Made by a program: the position numbers and the translations under genes
In this document: piece after piece, positions 38,932-52,860 of the stretch
Position numbering within the stretch: position 1 is the stretch's first letter
Layout of the letters: each line of letters starts with the position of its first letter
Assembly (NCBI RefSeq): GCF_006345805.1
Contig: NC_042999.1
Location: 132,804,001 to 132,868,000, forward strand
Direction: 5' to 3'
DNA: 64,000 bases
Origin: Octopus sinensis
Taxonomy: Eukaryota
Notes under the pieces: model-generated
Told to the model about the DNA's origin: nothing
Seen by the model: only the letters and a program-made list of their open reading frames with translations
Database searches by the model: none

Positions 38932-39217
38932 CTTAGTGACCCCAGAGTATAGAGCTTATTTATCTCACTAATGTATACGATTTCTGTTTTTATTGCCGCA
39001 GCAAATTTTTTTAAAAAAAGGTGATCGAAGTGAATAAAAATTATTTAAATATATATGAGGATATCATTGTTTATAATGATATCAATGGGTTAGCATGCGC
39101 AAAAAATCCATAACGTTAAAATATCATCAACTAATAATCAAATTTACTGCAGCATTAAAAACGGTAATCGTACAAATTGGCGAGATGTATAATCTCTATA
39201 ACCCCTGGGTCAATAAG

Positions 39218-39275
39218 ACACGTTGAATATGAACTAAGAGTGTTTCTCAAAGTTCGAAATCACGGTGATACGAGT
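39218..39275 (+). ncRNA. Decayed inverted partner of the 38877-38931 hammerhead
   Basis: ACACG-TTGAATA-T-GAACT..AGTTC-GAAA-TCAC-G-GTGA-TA-CGAGT; part of inverted arms 38875-38968 / 39180-39277. Confidence 0.55.
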
Positions 39276-40074
39276 ATGTGGGCTTTTTCAATTTTCGAAT
39301 GTTTCCGTTATTGGGACGGGGGTTTAGAATTTTTATCCATTTGCTCCTCACTTTCACCTTTGCGTTTAAGTGAAAATTTGTCGTTTGGTCATTTTGACTG
39401 GCATATTGGTATATTTAGCATGTTGGTACTGCTTGTTAGTACCCTTAATTATCCTTCCTCAGAGTTCCTTTCTCGAGGTAAAATCCAGCAAAAAGCATTA
39501 AGGCACTACATGGTGAATATTCAGTTGGTGAAAGTTCAGTTTTTGAATATCGATTTTCAAGAAGATTACCACGTTTAAATAAGAAATGAAATTCATTGAA
39601 AGGTTAACTTTAGTTCATCATACAAATAATAGCCAATGGGAATATTCCACTCTACTATAAAAAAATAATTTAAGATTAGAGGTTTGTGCATAAGTGTTCA
39701 TTGGATCTAATGATCTAATTGGACCGTATTTTCAAAAATATTTTATATTCTAAAAAATTATATTTTAAAGTTTAAGAAAATTATAAGACGCTAAATATTT
39801 ATGCTTACAACATACCAAAATGTCTGTAATTTTATATAGGGGTGAATAAATGAATTCTTGTGTCCCCTATATCTAATTTTAAAATTAGTAGTACTCCCTA
39901 TATAAATTTTCCTAAGTCCGGAGCGTTAAACTAATAAACCTGTTTGCTGTTTACACACCCGGCTTCGTCTTTTGTTCGTTTCTTTTGTAAATTCCAAGTA
40001 TATATGTATGTATGTGTCTGTATGCATATATGTATATATATATATATGCATACATACATATATATATATATATA

Positions 40075-40524
40075 CTCTTTACTCTTTTACTTGTTTCAGT
40101 CAGCTGACTGTGGCCATGCTGGAGCACCGCCTTTAGTCGAGCAACTCGACCCCGGGACTTATTCTTTGTAAGCCCAGTACTTATTCTATCGGTCTCTTTT
40201 GCCGAACCGCTAGGTGACGGGGACATAAACACACCAGCATCGGTTGTCAAGCAATGCCTAGGGGACAAACACAGACACACAAACATACACGCACAACACA
40301 CACACACACACACACACACCACACACACCACATATATATTATATATATATATATATATATACGACGGGCTTCTTTCAGTTTCCGTCTACCAAATCCACTC
40401 ACAAGGCATTGTCGGCCCGAGGCTATAGTAGAAGACACTGGCCCAAGATGCCACGCAGTGGGACTGAACCCGGAACCATGTGGTTGGTAAGCAAGCTACT
40501 TACCACACAGCCACTCCTGCGCCT
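40075..40524 (-). mobile_element. SINE family A, full-length young copy
   Basis: Least-diverged copy: complete head, microsatellite and tail. Confidence 0.9.
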
Positions 40525-40630
40525 GCTATATATATGGATTTTTTGCGCATGCTATATATATGGATTTCGAAGACAGGAACTGAAACAAATCGATCGTATA
40601 TATATGTATGTATAAATGTAAGTGTATGTG

Positions 40631-43362
40631 TTTTGGTATCGGCAACATGAATGACAATGGCCAGAGACTACTTGAATTTTGCACATACCATAACCTGTAC
40701 ATCACTAACACATTCTTTGCCAACAAGACATCCCACAGGGCATCTTGGAGACATCCAAGATCTCACCACTGGCATCAGCTGGATCTCATCATTACACGAA
40801 GACCCTTTCTGAATTCTGTTCAACTGACTCGTAGTTACCACAGCGCGGATTGTGACACAGATCATTCACTGATAAGAAGCAGGGTGAGGATTCTGCCTAA
40901 AAAGTCCATCACTCCAAGAAAATGGGCCGACCACGCATTAACACTGCCAGAACCTCCAACGCTACACTGCGACAATGTTTTGCTGTTTCTATCAAAGTTG
41001 CCCTCAGTAGCTGCCCAACCACCTCTGCTGAAAGTAGGTGGAATTATATCAGGGAAGCTTTGTATACCACATCAATAGATACTTTCGGCATGAGAGAAAG
41101 GCAAAACCCAGATTTTGTTCAGTGCTGGGCTCTCAGAGTTGGAAACAGTTATCGAAACAAAGCGTGCAGCTCTCATGTAATACAAGAGTGATTCTTCTAT
41201 AAAGTCACTCGAAAAACTCCGAAAGGCAAGAAATAAAACTCAACTGACTGCCAGACACTGTGCAAATAGGTATTGGCAGGAAATCTGTCAGAGTATCCAG
41301 TCAGCTGCTGACAGTGGCGACACTCGTGGGATGTATGCCGGTTTTAAGAAGGCCCTCGGTCCATCCGCAACCAAGTCAGCCCCAGTGAAATGAACTACTG
41401 GGATTTCATCAAGTACCAAAGCAAGCAAATGGATAGATGGGTGGAGTACTACCAGGATCTCTACTCACGAGAGACCACGGTAGCTGAGGCTGCAATCGAG
41501 GGTGTCAAGATCTTGCCAGTCATGTGTGAACTTGACAGTCTGCCATCTATAGCAGAGCTCACCAAGGCTATTGACTCCCTAGCAAGTAACAAGGCTCCGG
41601 GAAAAGACGGCATCCCCTTAGAGATCATCAAAACCGGCAAAAACACCATCCTGCTTCGGCACATTCATGAGCTTCTGTTTCAGTGCTGGGAAGAGGGTAC
41701 AGTCCCTCAGGATGTGCGGGATGCTAACATCATTACGTTTTACAAAAACAAAGGTGACCGTGGTGATTGTAACAATTACCGTGGAATATCTCTTCTAAGC
41801 ACTGTTGGAAAGGCCTCTGCTCGCATTATCCTGTCCAGGCTGCAACTGCTTGCTTCTCGAATTTATCCAGAATCGCAGTGTGGCTTTAGAAGAAGCAGAT
41901 CAACTATTGACATGATATTCTCCATACGCCAACTTCAGGAGAAGTTCAGAGAGCAGAAAATGCCATTATATATGGCCTTCATTGATCTGACAAAGGCCTT
42001 TGACTTGGTAAGTAGAAAAGGCCCCTTCATCCTGCTCCAAAAATCGGATGTCCACCAAAGCTGCTGAGGATCATCACATCTTTCCATGATGATATGCAAG
42101 GCACCGTACAGCACAATGGTTCAACATCAATCGCCTTCCAAATAAATAATGGGGTAAAACAAGGTTGTGGCCTTGCTCCTACATTATTTGGCATCTTCTT
42201 CTCACTGCTGCTGTCACATGCCTTTGTGACATCAGATGATGGAGTGTTTCTGCACAGTAGAAGTGATGGGAAACTGTTCAATCTCTCGCGTCTGCGTGCC
42301 AAGACCAAAATCAGAAGCATCCTGATCAAAGAGATGCTATTTGCTGATGATGCCGCTCTGGTATCACACACAGAAGAAGCCCTACGAAGGCTCATCAACT
42401 GTTTTGAGCAAGCATGTGGCAACTTTGGCTTATTTATCAGCCTTACTAAGACCAACATCATGGGTCAGGCTACATCGACCATCTCAAACATACATATTGG
42501 AGACCACAGACTACAGGAGGTGGAGAAGTTTACCTATCTTGGCTCTACCGTCACCTACAACCTATCCCTTGATACTGTGCTCAATATTCGCTTTGGCAAG
42601 GCAGCTGCTGTGATGGCCCAACTATCCAAACGGGCATGGGACAACAATAAGCTGAAAAAGACAACAAAAATGAAGATTTACCAGGCATGTGTACTTAGCA
42701 CTCTACTGTATGGAAGTGAGACTTGGACGCCATACACATGCCATACGACGCCATACGTCGCCTAAATATCTTTCACCTGCGTTGCCTCCGGAAAATCCTT
42801 CGCATCAAATGGCAGAATCATGTTCCCAACAAAGATGTCCTCAAGCAAGCAGGAATACCAAGCATGTTTACACTCCTCACACAAAGACGTATGAGATGGC
42901 TTCGACATGTTAGCCGTATGGAAGATGGTAGAATCCCCAAGAACATACTCAACGGAGAGCTTGCTAGGAGCACTAGGTCTGTGGGAAGGCCGTTCTTTCT
43001 ATACAAGGATGTTTGCAAAAGGGACATGAATGCCTGCAACATCAATATTACCAACTGGGAAGCAGTTGCCAGCAACCGTGGAGATTGGCGACGTACCGTA
43101 AAAGAGGGAACACAAAGGAGTGACATAGAGGGAGAGGAGAAATGGAAAGACAAGAAAAGACGTCAACAAGAAAGTATGACATTACAACCAGCCAGGCAAA
43201 GTCTTCGCTACATTTGCGGCACCTGCCTGAGGAAGTGTTTGTTCAGGATAGGACTACACAGCCACAGCAAGAGATGTATTAGGACATGAAATGTAAAAGC
43301 CAGACTAGATTATTTCATGCGCAACTCCATTGTCTCACGAGACAAAAAGGATGCCTACAACA
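40631..43362 (+). mobile_element. 5'-truncated, frameshifted RTE-clade LINE (APE C-terminus + RT + C-terminal zinc finger)
   Basis: APE: NDNGQRLLEFC..SWRHPRSHHWHQLDLII..DTDH; RT: KAPGKDGI, NYRGISLL, FIDLTKAFD, GVKQGCGLAPTLF, LFADD, FTYLGS; CxxC..GLHSH; 3' hairpin 'gtctcacgagac' and ACA tail; long TSD. Confidence 0.95.
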
Positions 43363-43623
43363 ATATATATGGATTTCGTAGACAGGAACTGAAACAAATC
43401 AATCGTATATATATGTATATATGTAAGTGTATGTGTGTGTCTTTGTGTCAGTGTTTCGCCCTCATCACTGCTTCACAACTGCTGTTCACTTATTTACATC
43501 CAAAAAACTTACTGGTTTCACAAGAACAAACTAATAGAATAAGTACTAGGCTTATCAACATAAAAAAGCACTAGGCTGTCTCATATTTTTGTTTGCCCAC
43601 TCAGTTGTATCTATCAATTCATC

Positions 43624-43720
<97 letters not shown>

Positions 43721-43721
43721 C

Positions 43722-44021
43722 ACGTGATCACGTAATCGACCAGACCATCAGATGTTGTTACACATCGCTGGTCACAATGCGTTCGCATTGTTTTAGCCTT
43801 CGAATGACGCCACATCGCTGGCTAAGCGAGCAGGCCAACAGAAGAAAGAGTGAGAGAAAGAGTGGTGAAAGAGTACAGCAGGGATCACCACCCCCAGCCG
43901 GAGCCTCGTGGAGCTTTTAGGTGTTTTCGCTCAATAAACCCTCACAACGCCCGGCCTGGAAATCGAAACCGCGATCCTACGACCGCGAGTCCACTGCTCT
44001 CACCACTGGGTCATTGTACCT

Positions 44022-44022
<1 letters not shown>
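43722..44022 (-). mobile_element. tRNA(Arg-like)-derived SINE family D
   Basis: Minus head '..agtggtgagagcagtggactcgcggtcgtaggatcgcggtttcgatt'; homologous to 45815-46096 and 50880-51165. Confidence 0.8.
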
Positions 44023-44057
<35 letters not shown>

Positions 44058-44070
44058 CATATATATATAT

Positions 44071-44116
<46 letters not shown>

Positions 44117-44329
44117 TGTGTGTTGTGTGTGTGTGTGTGTGGAGGCGCAATGGCCCAGTGGTTAGACTAACTTTGGACTGCTGTCCTGCCCTTTTGTGAT
44201 CAACGGCCGTATAGGCTAGACACATTTTTTCTCTCTTCGCCTTCAGGCATTTTTTCAATGCGCCAGCTCAAGTTCACCCGTCCTGTCGAAAAGACGCCTG
44301 TCTGTAACGTCCTGTTTTTGCTATTATTA

Positions 44330-44454
44330 TTATCATTATTGTTTTTACGTATTTTCGTATTCTTTTTCGTGTTATCATTATTAATTTTACGTATTTTCGT
44401 ATTCTTATTCGTGTTATCATTATTAATTTTACGTATTTTTGTATTCTTATTCGT
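44330..44454. repeat. 42-bp tandem repeat x3
   Basis: Units at 44330, 44372, 44414 ('ttatcattatt..ttttacgtatttt.gtattctt.ttcgtg'). Confidence 0.9.
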
Positions 44455-44691
44455 TCCCGTCCTTGTTTTGTATACATTCGAGGCTTTCTTCCAAGGAATC
44501 TAATGCGCTTGGCTTAGATTTTCCTTTGGAGCTGGCCAGATCGGAGCAATCTCAAGATTAATCACCCGAAATTGCGAAGATGATCCGGTTCTTGACTGAA
44601 GATCGAAGGCTTCGAATGTCCCGTCCGTTTTTTTTGTATCGTCTTCTAAATGTTTTGCGTTCTTATCCCAGTTTGTGCTTTTTTACATTTA

Positions 44692-44699
<8 letters not shown>

Positions 44700-44726
<27 letters not shown>

Positions 44727-45765
44727 CACCCTAATAGGAGCCTTAACTCCCAAATTTTGTATTTCTTTTATGATCCAAAACTAGGTCAAAAGTACTGAAT
44801 GGATCTTTATGAAATTTGGAAATTATATTCTAAGCATAAGGGCCATAATCCCATGACAATTCATATATATTTGCTGTTAATGAAATTTTAACCATAGATA
44901 TTAGACACAATGAAGTAATATTTATAAAATTCATCTTTACAAAGTTAGAAAGACCCCTCCATGGGACTTAACCCCCACAATTTTGTCATTTTATCTAAGC
45001 AAAAACGAATACAGTTGTGCTCTTGGAAGCTGTAGGGTTACCCGAGCATAAAAGTTGGGCATTATTTCTAATTCAATGGTACAACAGTGTAACAGTTTGC
45101 TTTGACATACACTTACATTGTGATTTCTGCAATGTGGTGCATAAATTGTTAAGTAAATGAGAGGCATCTTTGTCTCCACTGATTCAGTTGCAAAGTGTTG
45201 AGTAAAGCTATATGATGGCAGACCTCCTTTCAGTCTTTTTATTATCACTCGGTCACACATAGTCCCCGGATGGTAACATTGATTACGAGGCCTTCCCAGA
45301 TGAGTGACTGGTTATTCAAAGACATTTATAGATTTTAAATTCATTCTGTCAAGTTACGTATCAGTACAGTGGTCATTTGCAAACTCCAGAGGTGACACTT
45401 TAATTTCTCCTAAGCCCTAACGTCACACAGTTGTTAATGTTGATTTCAGTTGGATCACGCCCTTCTAATTGCTATAGATTCGTAATGCATCTTACGGCTG
45501 TGTCTGTTACCTGGATGGTGAGGAATCCTACATTGGGAGTGGTAACGACTAGGGTAGGGTAACTGACAGCTTATTGTAATCATTCGTCTTTTGGTTTCTA
45601 TGTGGCACGATTACAATTTTTTTAGGGTGTGTAAAGAGGGAAATAACCCTCATCTGCAACTTCGATGAAATTCGAAACATGGATATTCCAGTTCATTCAG
45701 AAAATATAACAGAAAAGTCTAATTCTTCAATTGACTGTAACCGGCAACGCCGGGTATCTCTGCTA
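44700..45765 (+). mobile_element. Non-autonomous Helitron
   Basis: 5' 'actgaatggatctttatgaaattt' motif; 3' hairpin 'ccggcaacgccggg' + 'ctgcta', same terminus type as 9316-9343. Confidence 0.55.
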
Positions 45766-45814
45766 TATATATATATATATATGATATATATATATAATTG
45801 TATATATTTTTTTA

Positions 45815-46096
45815 CCGACCAGGCTATCAGAGGTTGCTAAACATCGCTGATCACAATGCGCTTCGCATTGTTTTAACCTCCGAATGACGCCACCCCACTG
45901 GCTAAGCGAGCAGGCCAACAGAAGAAAGAGTGAGAGAAAGTTGTGGCGAAAGAGTACAGCAGGGATCGCCACCACCCACTGCCAGAGCCACGTGGAGCTT
46001 TAGGTGTTTTCGCTCAATAAACACTCACAACGCCCGGTCTGGGAATCGAAACCGCGATCCTACGACTGCGAGTCCGCTACTTTAACCACTGGGCCA
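45815..46096 (-). mobile_element. SINE family D
   Basis: Close homology to 43722-44022. Confidence 0.85.
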
Positions 46097-46257
46097 TATA
46101 TATATAATTAGAGATAAATATAATTATGTATTCAATGATATATATATAATTATATATAGATAATTATACATGTAATTATATGTATATTATATATATATAA
46201 TTATTTATACTTGTATATATAGAGAGATGAAAAAAATCGCCAGCGGTACACACGAAG

Positions 46258-46292
<35 letters not shown>

Positions 46293-46316
46293 TATATATA
46301 TATTATATATAATATA

Positions 46317-46356
<40 letters not shown>

Positions 46357-47705
46357 CATAAATTTATATATATATTATCTTATTTTATTTGTATTTATTT
46401 TTTCATCTTATCTGGTTTCAGCTTAAGAGCTCTGGCCATGCTAGGGCACCGCCATTTGGTGTTGCAACATAATTTTACTTCACGAATGATTTTTAGGAAT
46501 TGACATTTGGTGCATGAGAGAGTTTGATGCAGCTGCACTCATATGCACCTCCTGCCGCGAAGTTGGTTCATCCTTTCGGGGTCAATAAATTAAGTACCAG
46601 TTGCATACTGAGGTCGATCTAATCGACTGGCCACCTCCCAAAAACTTTCGAACTTTGTGCCTAGAGTAGAAAAGAATATAGAAGGCAAAATATATGGAGA
46701 TATTCGTTGTAGTAGAAATATATTTCCTTCCTGAATTCGATCCGTTATACTGAGCCAATTATTTTAATCTTTGTCCAACTGCAATTAAATGTGTGAACCC
46801 ATTAGGCAACAATTTGGCATTAGTCAGAAGGATTGTAAGAACTTAGCTGCACCTTACAACACTCCATCACACCATCTAAAAGTTAATCACAAGATACAAG
46901 CTTTTATCGTATTGCCTCTCACAACAAACCTTCATCCAGACTTATTCAACCAGTAAAATAAGCAAAGCATGAATAGCGACGTCATGTCTATAAAATACAA
47001 AAGGAGGGGTTGTAGTGAACATAAACCTATAAGTGGTTTATTGATGAGCTCACAAGTCGGTCAATTAAGGACCACAGCATGATTCCTCTCTCCATTTATA
47101 TTAGTGAAGCGGTTATGTAGTCAGATATAACAGTTTTCTTGATCAAAAGTATTTTTTATCGCTCCAAGGATTCTCTATTAATTAACCGTAAGCTGACAGC
47201 CAGCTTTCATGTTTGGAACTAAAAGGTCATCGAGGATTTGGGCAGATCGAAGGCAATTTGAATGAAATATTAGAAAGGGGGAAAATAGAGACGTGCATTT
47301 CAAAGAAATTGTTCGTGTAAATGGATCGCTAATCTCACATTTTCTTCATCTTTGCAGCCATATGCCACAGCAAAATCTGTAGATTTGAGTGAAAAATTGA
47401 GACGGACGTTCCTATCATACTGCAAGCAACGTGTTTTTATTTGCCCATTACTGAGTCAATTTAAGATTGAGTAAAGAGAGTAATTATGGAAAAAAGAAGA
47501 GTCAATAGAATAGAAGCACTGTTTCTCATAACTACCAAAATTGCTGTCCCGAGTTCAATTTCAGCAAGGGTAATTAGAAGCCAAAGTGGTTTCCTCTTCG
47601 TGATATTTTGAAATTGTAGCCGAATATTTCCCATCACACTCTTCCGTCATAAAAAATAAGTGCAGGAAACACGAATTGAAAATAATGTAATACTGTATAC
47701 ATTGT

Positions 47706-47965
47706 GGAGGCGTGTGGCTTAGTGGTTAGGGTATCAGCATCATGATCGTAAGATTGTGGTTTCGATTCCTGGACCGGACCACGCGTTGTGTTCTTGAGCA
47801 AAACTCTACATTTCACGTTGCTCTAGTCCTCTCAGCTGGCAAAAATGAGTAACGCTGCGATGGACTGGCGGCCCCTCAAGCTGGGGAACACATACGCCAT
47901 TGAAACCGGGAAGCCGGGCCCTTGAGCCTGGCTAGGCTTTAAAAGGGCGCATTTATTTATTTTAT
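47706..47965 (+). mobile_element. SINE family C with 13-bp TSD
   Basis: TSD 'tactgtatacatt' at 47691-47703 and 47966-47978. Confidence 0.9.
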
Positions 47966-48079
47966 TACTGTATACATTAGACATTAAATGCATAAGTGAT
48001 GATCAGGCGCTGAACGGCTTCTTTCATAGGTTTCCTCAAACATGGCAGATCAGGAGCTAAAGAAAATCAACAATATTCC

Positions 48080-48290
48080 TTTTTACTATAGGCACAACGA
48101 CTGAAATTTGTTGGGGGCGGGATAGTCGATTAAATCGACCCCAGTGCTTAAATGATACTTATTTTATTGACCCTGAAAGGATCAAAGGCAAATTCAACCT
48201 CCGCGGAATTTCAACTCAAAATGTAAAGCCGGAAAAAATACCACGAAACATTTTGTCCGGTGTGCCAACAATTTTGCCAGCTCACCGCCC
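48080..48290 (-). mobile_element. SINE family B
   Basis: Reverse complement of the family B head and core. Confidence 0.75.
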
Positions 48291-49360
48291 AACAGCAACG
48301 GTAATAATTCTTTCTACTATAGACACAAGGCCTGAACTTTTTTAGGGGAAGAGATAGGCGATTACATCGATCTCAGTTCACAACTTGTACGTATTATCTT
48401 CTCCAGCAGCTTAATCGATATCTCCGACGTAGCATTATAGCAACAGTTATAATATCAATTACAAAATATTAATTAAAAAATGTAATATTGCACTGTAATG
48501 ACTGTACTTTACCCTACAATATAATTTATTGTATTACTCTTTTATTCCCTTTGTACAGTGGTACTGAACAGTATAGTTACGTCTATTTCTAATACGAAAT
48601 TTCTTACATGTTTATCTAACATAAAAAAACATCCTATTGGCATATGAAACATATGTAAGGTTGAATGAATAATACACCCCCAAATCTCAAATTTCCTGTT
48701 TTGTTATACATACCATAAATACATACATACTTACATACACACATATGCATATATAATATATATATATTAATATATATATATTATATTATATATATATATA
48801 TACCTACATATATATAATATATTTATATATATTATATATCTATTTCCATGCATGCATGTATTTCTTTATTTACGTGTATGTACGTACACACATATATACA
48901 TATATACATACACACACACGTACACACACGTACACACACACACATATATATATATATATACATATCTATATATGTGTGTGCGCGTGTATGTTTCTATGTA
49001 TGCATGTAAGTATATATTGAGCTTTTGTAAAAAGACACCATATGTAATTCTATCCTTTTACACCGAGGTGGAGTTAACTACTTTTGGAATTAGTGCTCCA
49101 TGAAATTAGTATCACACACATACACGCGCACACACACACCCATGCACACTCACATACACGCACGCATCATATATATTGTAAAATATGACACAGGAAGATG
49201 AAGGAACATGTGATCAACAGAGAAAACACCCACACAGGACTTGGCTCGTCAACCCTCATCGGTTATCGATCAAAGAATCATCATATGTACATGCATACAC
49301 ACCACACACAATAACATACATTTATACATACATGCATATGAACATACATAAATGTGTGTG

Positions 49361-49440
<80 letters not shown>

Positions 49441-49442
49441 AC

Positions 49443-49501
<59 letters not shown>

Positions 49502-50879
49502 GTCTGTCTATACATACATATATATAATATATATAATGTGATGTAATATATAACTGTATATATACATATATATGTGTGTGTGTGTAGTGTGTGTGCGCGC
49601 GCACGCGAACATACGGAAACCCATAAAATATTTTATAAGTGTATTATGACAGAATAAGGGACTACCACTATCTATAGTCCATTTAATGGAGCATGTGTAT
49701 TTGTATAATATGAATGCGTGTTTACGTATCTATATGACTTTATGAATATATACATACATGTATATGTGTGCGTGTATGTGCCCGTGTGTGTGTACATGTG
49801 TGTGTGTGTGTGTGTGTGTGTATGGTTTTATGAAAAGGATATCCAAGACAATGCAATATGACGCATGTATAAATGTATTAGTGTGTGAAATTGCGCGTGT
49901 GTGTTTTAAAATGTGTCTATGAATGTTTGTGTATGTGTATGTGTGTGTGTTTGTGGATAACACTATAATCTGAACTGACGTCTCTCCCTCTCTCTCTCTC
50001 TCGCTGTCTCTCCCTCTCTCTCTCTGTCCCTTCTTTCTATCTCTCCTTCTCCCCCTTTCTCCCTCTGTATATGTGTGTTTGTGAGCACAGGCTGTAAAGT
50101 GAGAATTAAGAGAATGCGGTATGACATGTAAGAGAAGGCAGTGTACGTACAATGTTCAGGTGAAGAAGACAAGCTGAAATGTCTTTTAAAAGTCATCAGT
50201 ATCAAACTTAGCTGTCATCATTAATGAACGGCATCTGTTATGGCCGGCTGATGATTGTTGCCAGCATTATTAATAGGGAATGGGAAATGGGTGTGTGCGT
50301 GTGCGTGTGTGTTCGTGCGTGTATGTATATATGCATATATATTTATACATATATGCGTGTGTGTGTGTGTGTATACTTATATATATATATATAACATATT
50401 TATATAATCTTTCGACATCTTGCCTTGGCTCTCTTTTTGTCTCTCTATCCCATTCTCTTGTACCACTACCTCCATCGCGATTAATATCACCACGACTACA
50501 ATTTTAACAGTGCCATTATAATTACTCTCAACACCACAGAATACCGTTATCTCCGCAATCACTATCATAATAAGTATTATTATGACCAACAATGAGCAAG
50601 CGACGAAGACCTCTACGTGGTACACGAAATGTTAGAAACAACACTCTAAGGGATGTGGGTTGCAATAAACCTTTCCTTGGCAGGGTAATTCGATAACATC
50701 AATATTAGTACTCAACTGGTATTTATTTAATCAACCCCAAAAGGATAAACGGCAAAGTCAATCTCGGTGGAATTTGAACTCAAAGCGTAAAGACAGACGA
50801 AATGCTGCGAAGCATTTTGCCCGGCGCGCTAACGATTCTGCCAGCTAAACGCTTTACGTTATCGGTATTATTATGAGCG

Positions 50880-51168
50880 TGGAGGCACATGGCCTAGTAG
50901 TTAGAGCAGAGAACTCGCGGTTGAGGGATCGTGGGTTCGAATCTCAGACCGGGCGATGTGTGTGTTTATGAGCGAAACACCTAAGCTCCACGCGGCTCCG
51001 GCAGAAGGTAACGGCGAACTTCTTCTGACTCTTTCACCACAACTTTCTCTCACTCTTTCCTCCTGCATCTTACAGCTCACCTGCGACGGACCGGCGTCCC
51101 GTCCGGGTGAGGAACCTATACGCCAAGGAAACCTTATGAGACAGGCGTGGCTCGAGAACGAACAAACA
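50880..51168 (+). mobile_element. SINE family D variant (V-like tail) with 12-bp TSD
   Basis: B box 'ggttcgaatc', 'cctgcgacggaccggcgtcccgtcc'; TSD 'attattatgagc' at 50867-50878 and 51169-51180. Confidence 0.85.
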
Positions 51169-51890
51169 ATTATTATGAGCACCAATAATCAAGCAACGGA
51201 GATCTGTACGTGGGACAAGAAGTTTTAGAAACAGGACTCGAATGGATGTAAGTAAAAGTGAAGTTACATCCCGAGTCATACATACTCATAAAGCCAGTTT
51301 CCCGGTCTCATGAGCAATGTGAAATGAAGTGGCTTGCTCAAGAACACAACGCGTCGCTCGGTCCAGGAGTCGAAACTATAATCTTACTATCATAAGTCCA
51401 ACACCTTAACCACTAAGCTACGTGCCTCCACTGAAGGGATGCTGGTTGTAATAAATCCTTCTAGTATATGCACAAGGCCTGAAATTTAATGAGGAGGGGT
51501 AATTCGATAACAACGATACCAGTAGTTAACTGGTACTTATTTTATCGCCCCCCACCAAAAAAAAAGAATGAAAGGGAAGTCGACCTTGGAGGAATTTGAA
51601 CTCAGAACATAAAGACTAACGAAATGCTGCTAAGCAATTTAACCGGAGTGCTTACGATTCTGTCAGCTCACCGCCTTAGTAATGATAAAGGTTTCAAATT
51701 TTAGCGCATGGCCAGAAATTTCTGGGGAGGGGAAAGTACTTATTTTAACGACACTGAAAGGATTATGAAAGGAAAAGTCGACTTTGGTGGAATTTGAACT
51801 CAGAACGTGAAGACGGACGTAATACTGCTAAGAATTTTAGCTCGCCGCCTGATTATGGTTTGTAATGATGGTATTATCATTATTGCTGCT

Positions 51891-52860
51891 AAGGCGGCGA
51901 GCTGGCAGAGTCGTTAACACGCCGGGCGAAATGCTTAGCGGTATTTCGTCTGCGTTACGTTGTGAGTTCAAATTCCGCCGAGGTCGACTTTGCCTTTCAT
52001 CCTTTCGGGGTCGATAAATTAAGTACCAGTTACGCACTGGGGTCGATGTAAACGACTTAATACCTATGTCTGTCCTTGTTGTCCGCTCTGTGTTTAGCCC
52101 CTTGTGGGTAATAAAGAAATAGAAATAGGTATTTCGTCTGCCGTTACGTTGTGAGTTCAAATTCTGCCGAGGTCGACTTTGCCTTTCATCCTTTCGGGGT
52201 CGATAAATTAAGTACCAGTTACGCACTGGGGTCGATGTAAACGACTTAATACCTATGTCTGTCCTTGTTTGTCCCCTCTGTGTTTAGCCCCTTGTGGGTA
52301 GTAAAGAAATAGGTATTATCATTACTTGCTAAGGCGGCGAGCCGGCAGAAACGTTAGCACGCCGGGCGAAATGCTTAGCTGTATTTCGTCTGCCGCTACG
52401 TTCTGAGTTCAAATTCGCCGTGGTCGACTTTGCTTTTCATCCTTTCGAGGTCGATTAAATAAGTACCAGTTACGTACTGGGGTCAATGTAATCGACTTAA
52501 TCCGTTTGTCAGTCCTTGTTTGTCCTCTCTGTGTTTAGCCCCTTGTGACTAGTAAAGAAATAAGTATTTCGTCTGCCGTAACGTTCTGAGTTCAAATTCC
52601 ACCGAGGTCGACTTTGCCTTTCATCATTTCGGGCTCGATAAATCAAGTACCAGTTGCGTACTGGGATCGATGTAATCGACTGCCCCCCTCCCACCAAATT
52701 TAGAAAAGAATCGTTAGTACGCTGGACAAAATGCTTAGCGGCTTGTGGTTTGTCTTTACGTTCTTTGTTCAAATTGCGCCGAAATCGACTTTACCTATCG
52801 ATAAAATAAGTTCCAGTTGAGGCCCGTCTCGAAATTTCTGGCCTTGTTCCAAAATTTGAA
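51891..52860 (+). mobile_element. Head-to-tail array of SINE family B units
   Basis: Core repeated from ~51891, ~52128, ~52331, ~52563, ~52708; preceded by minus-strand copies at 51460-51850. Confidence 0.85.
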
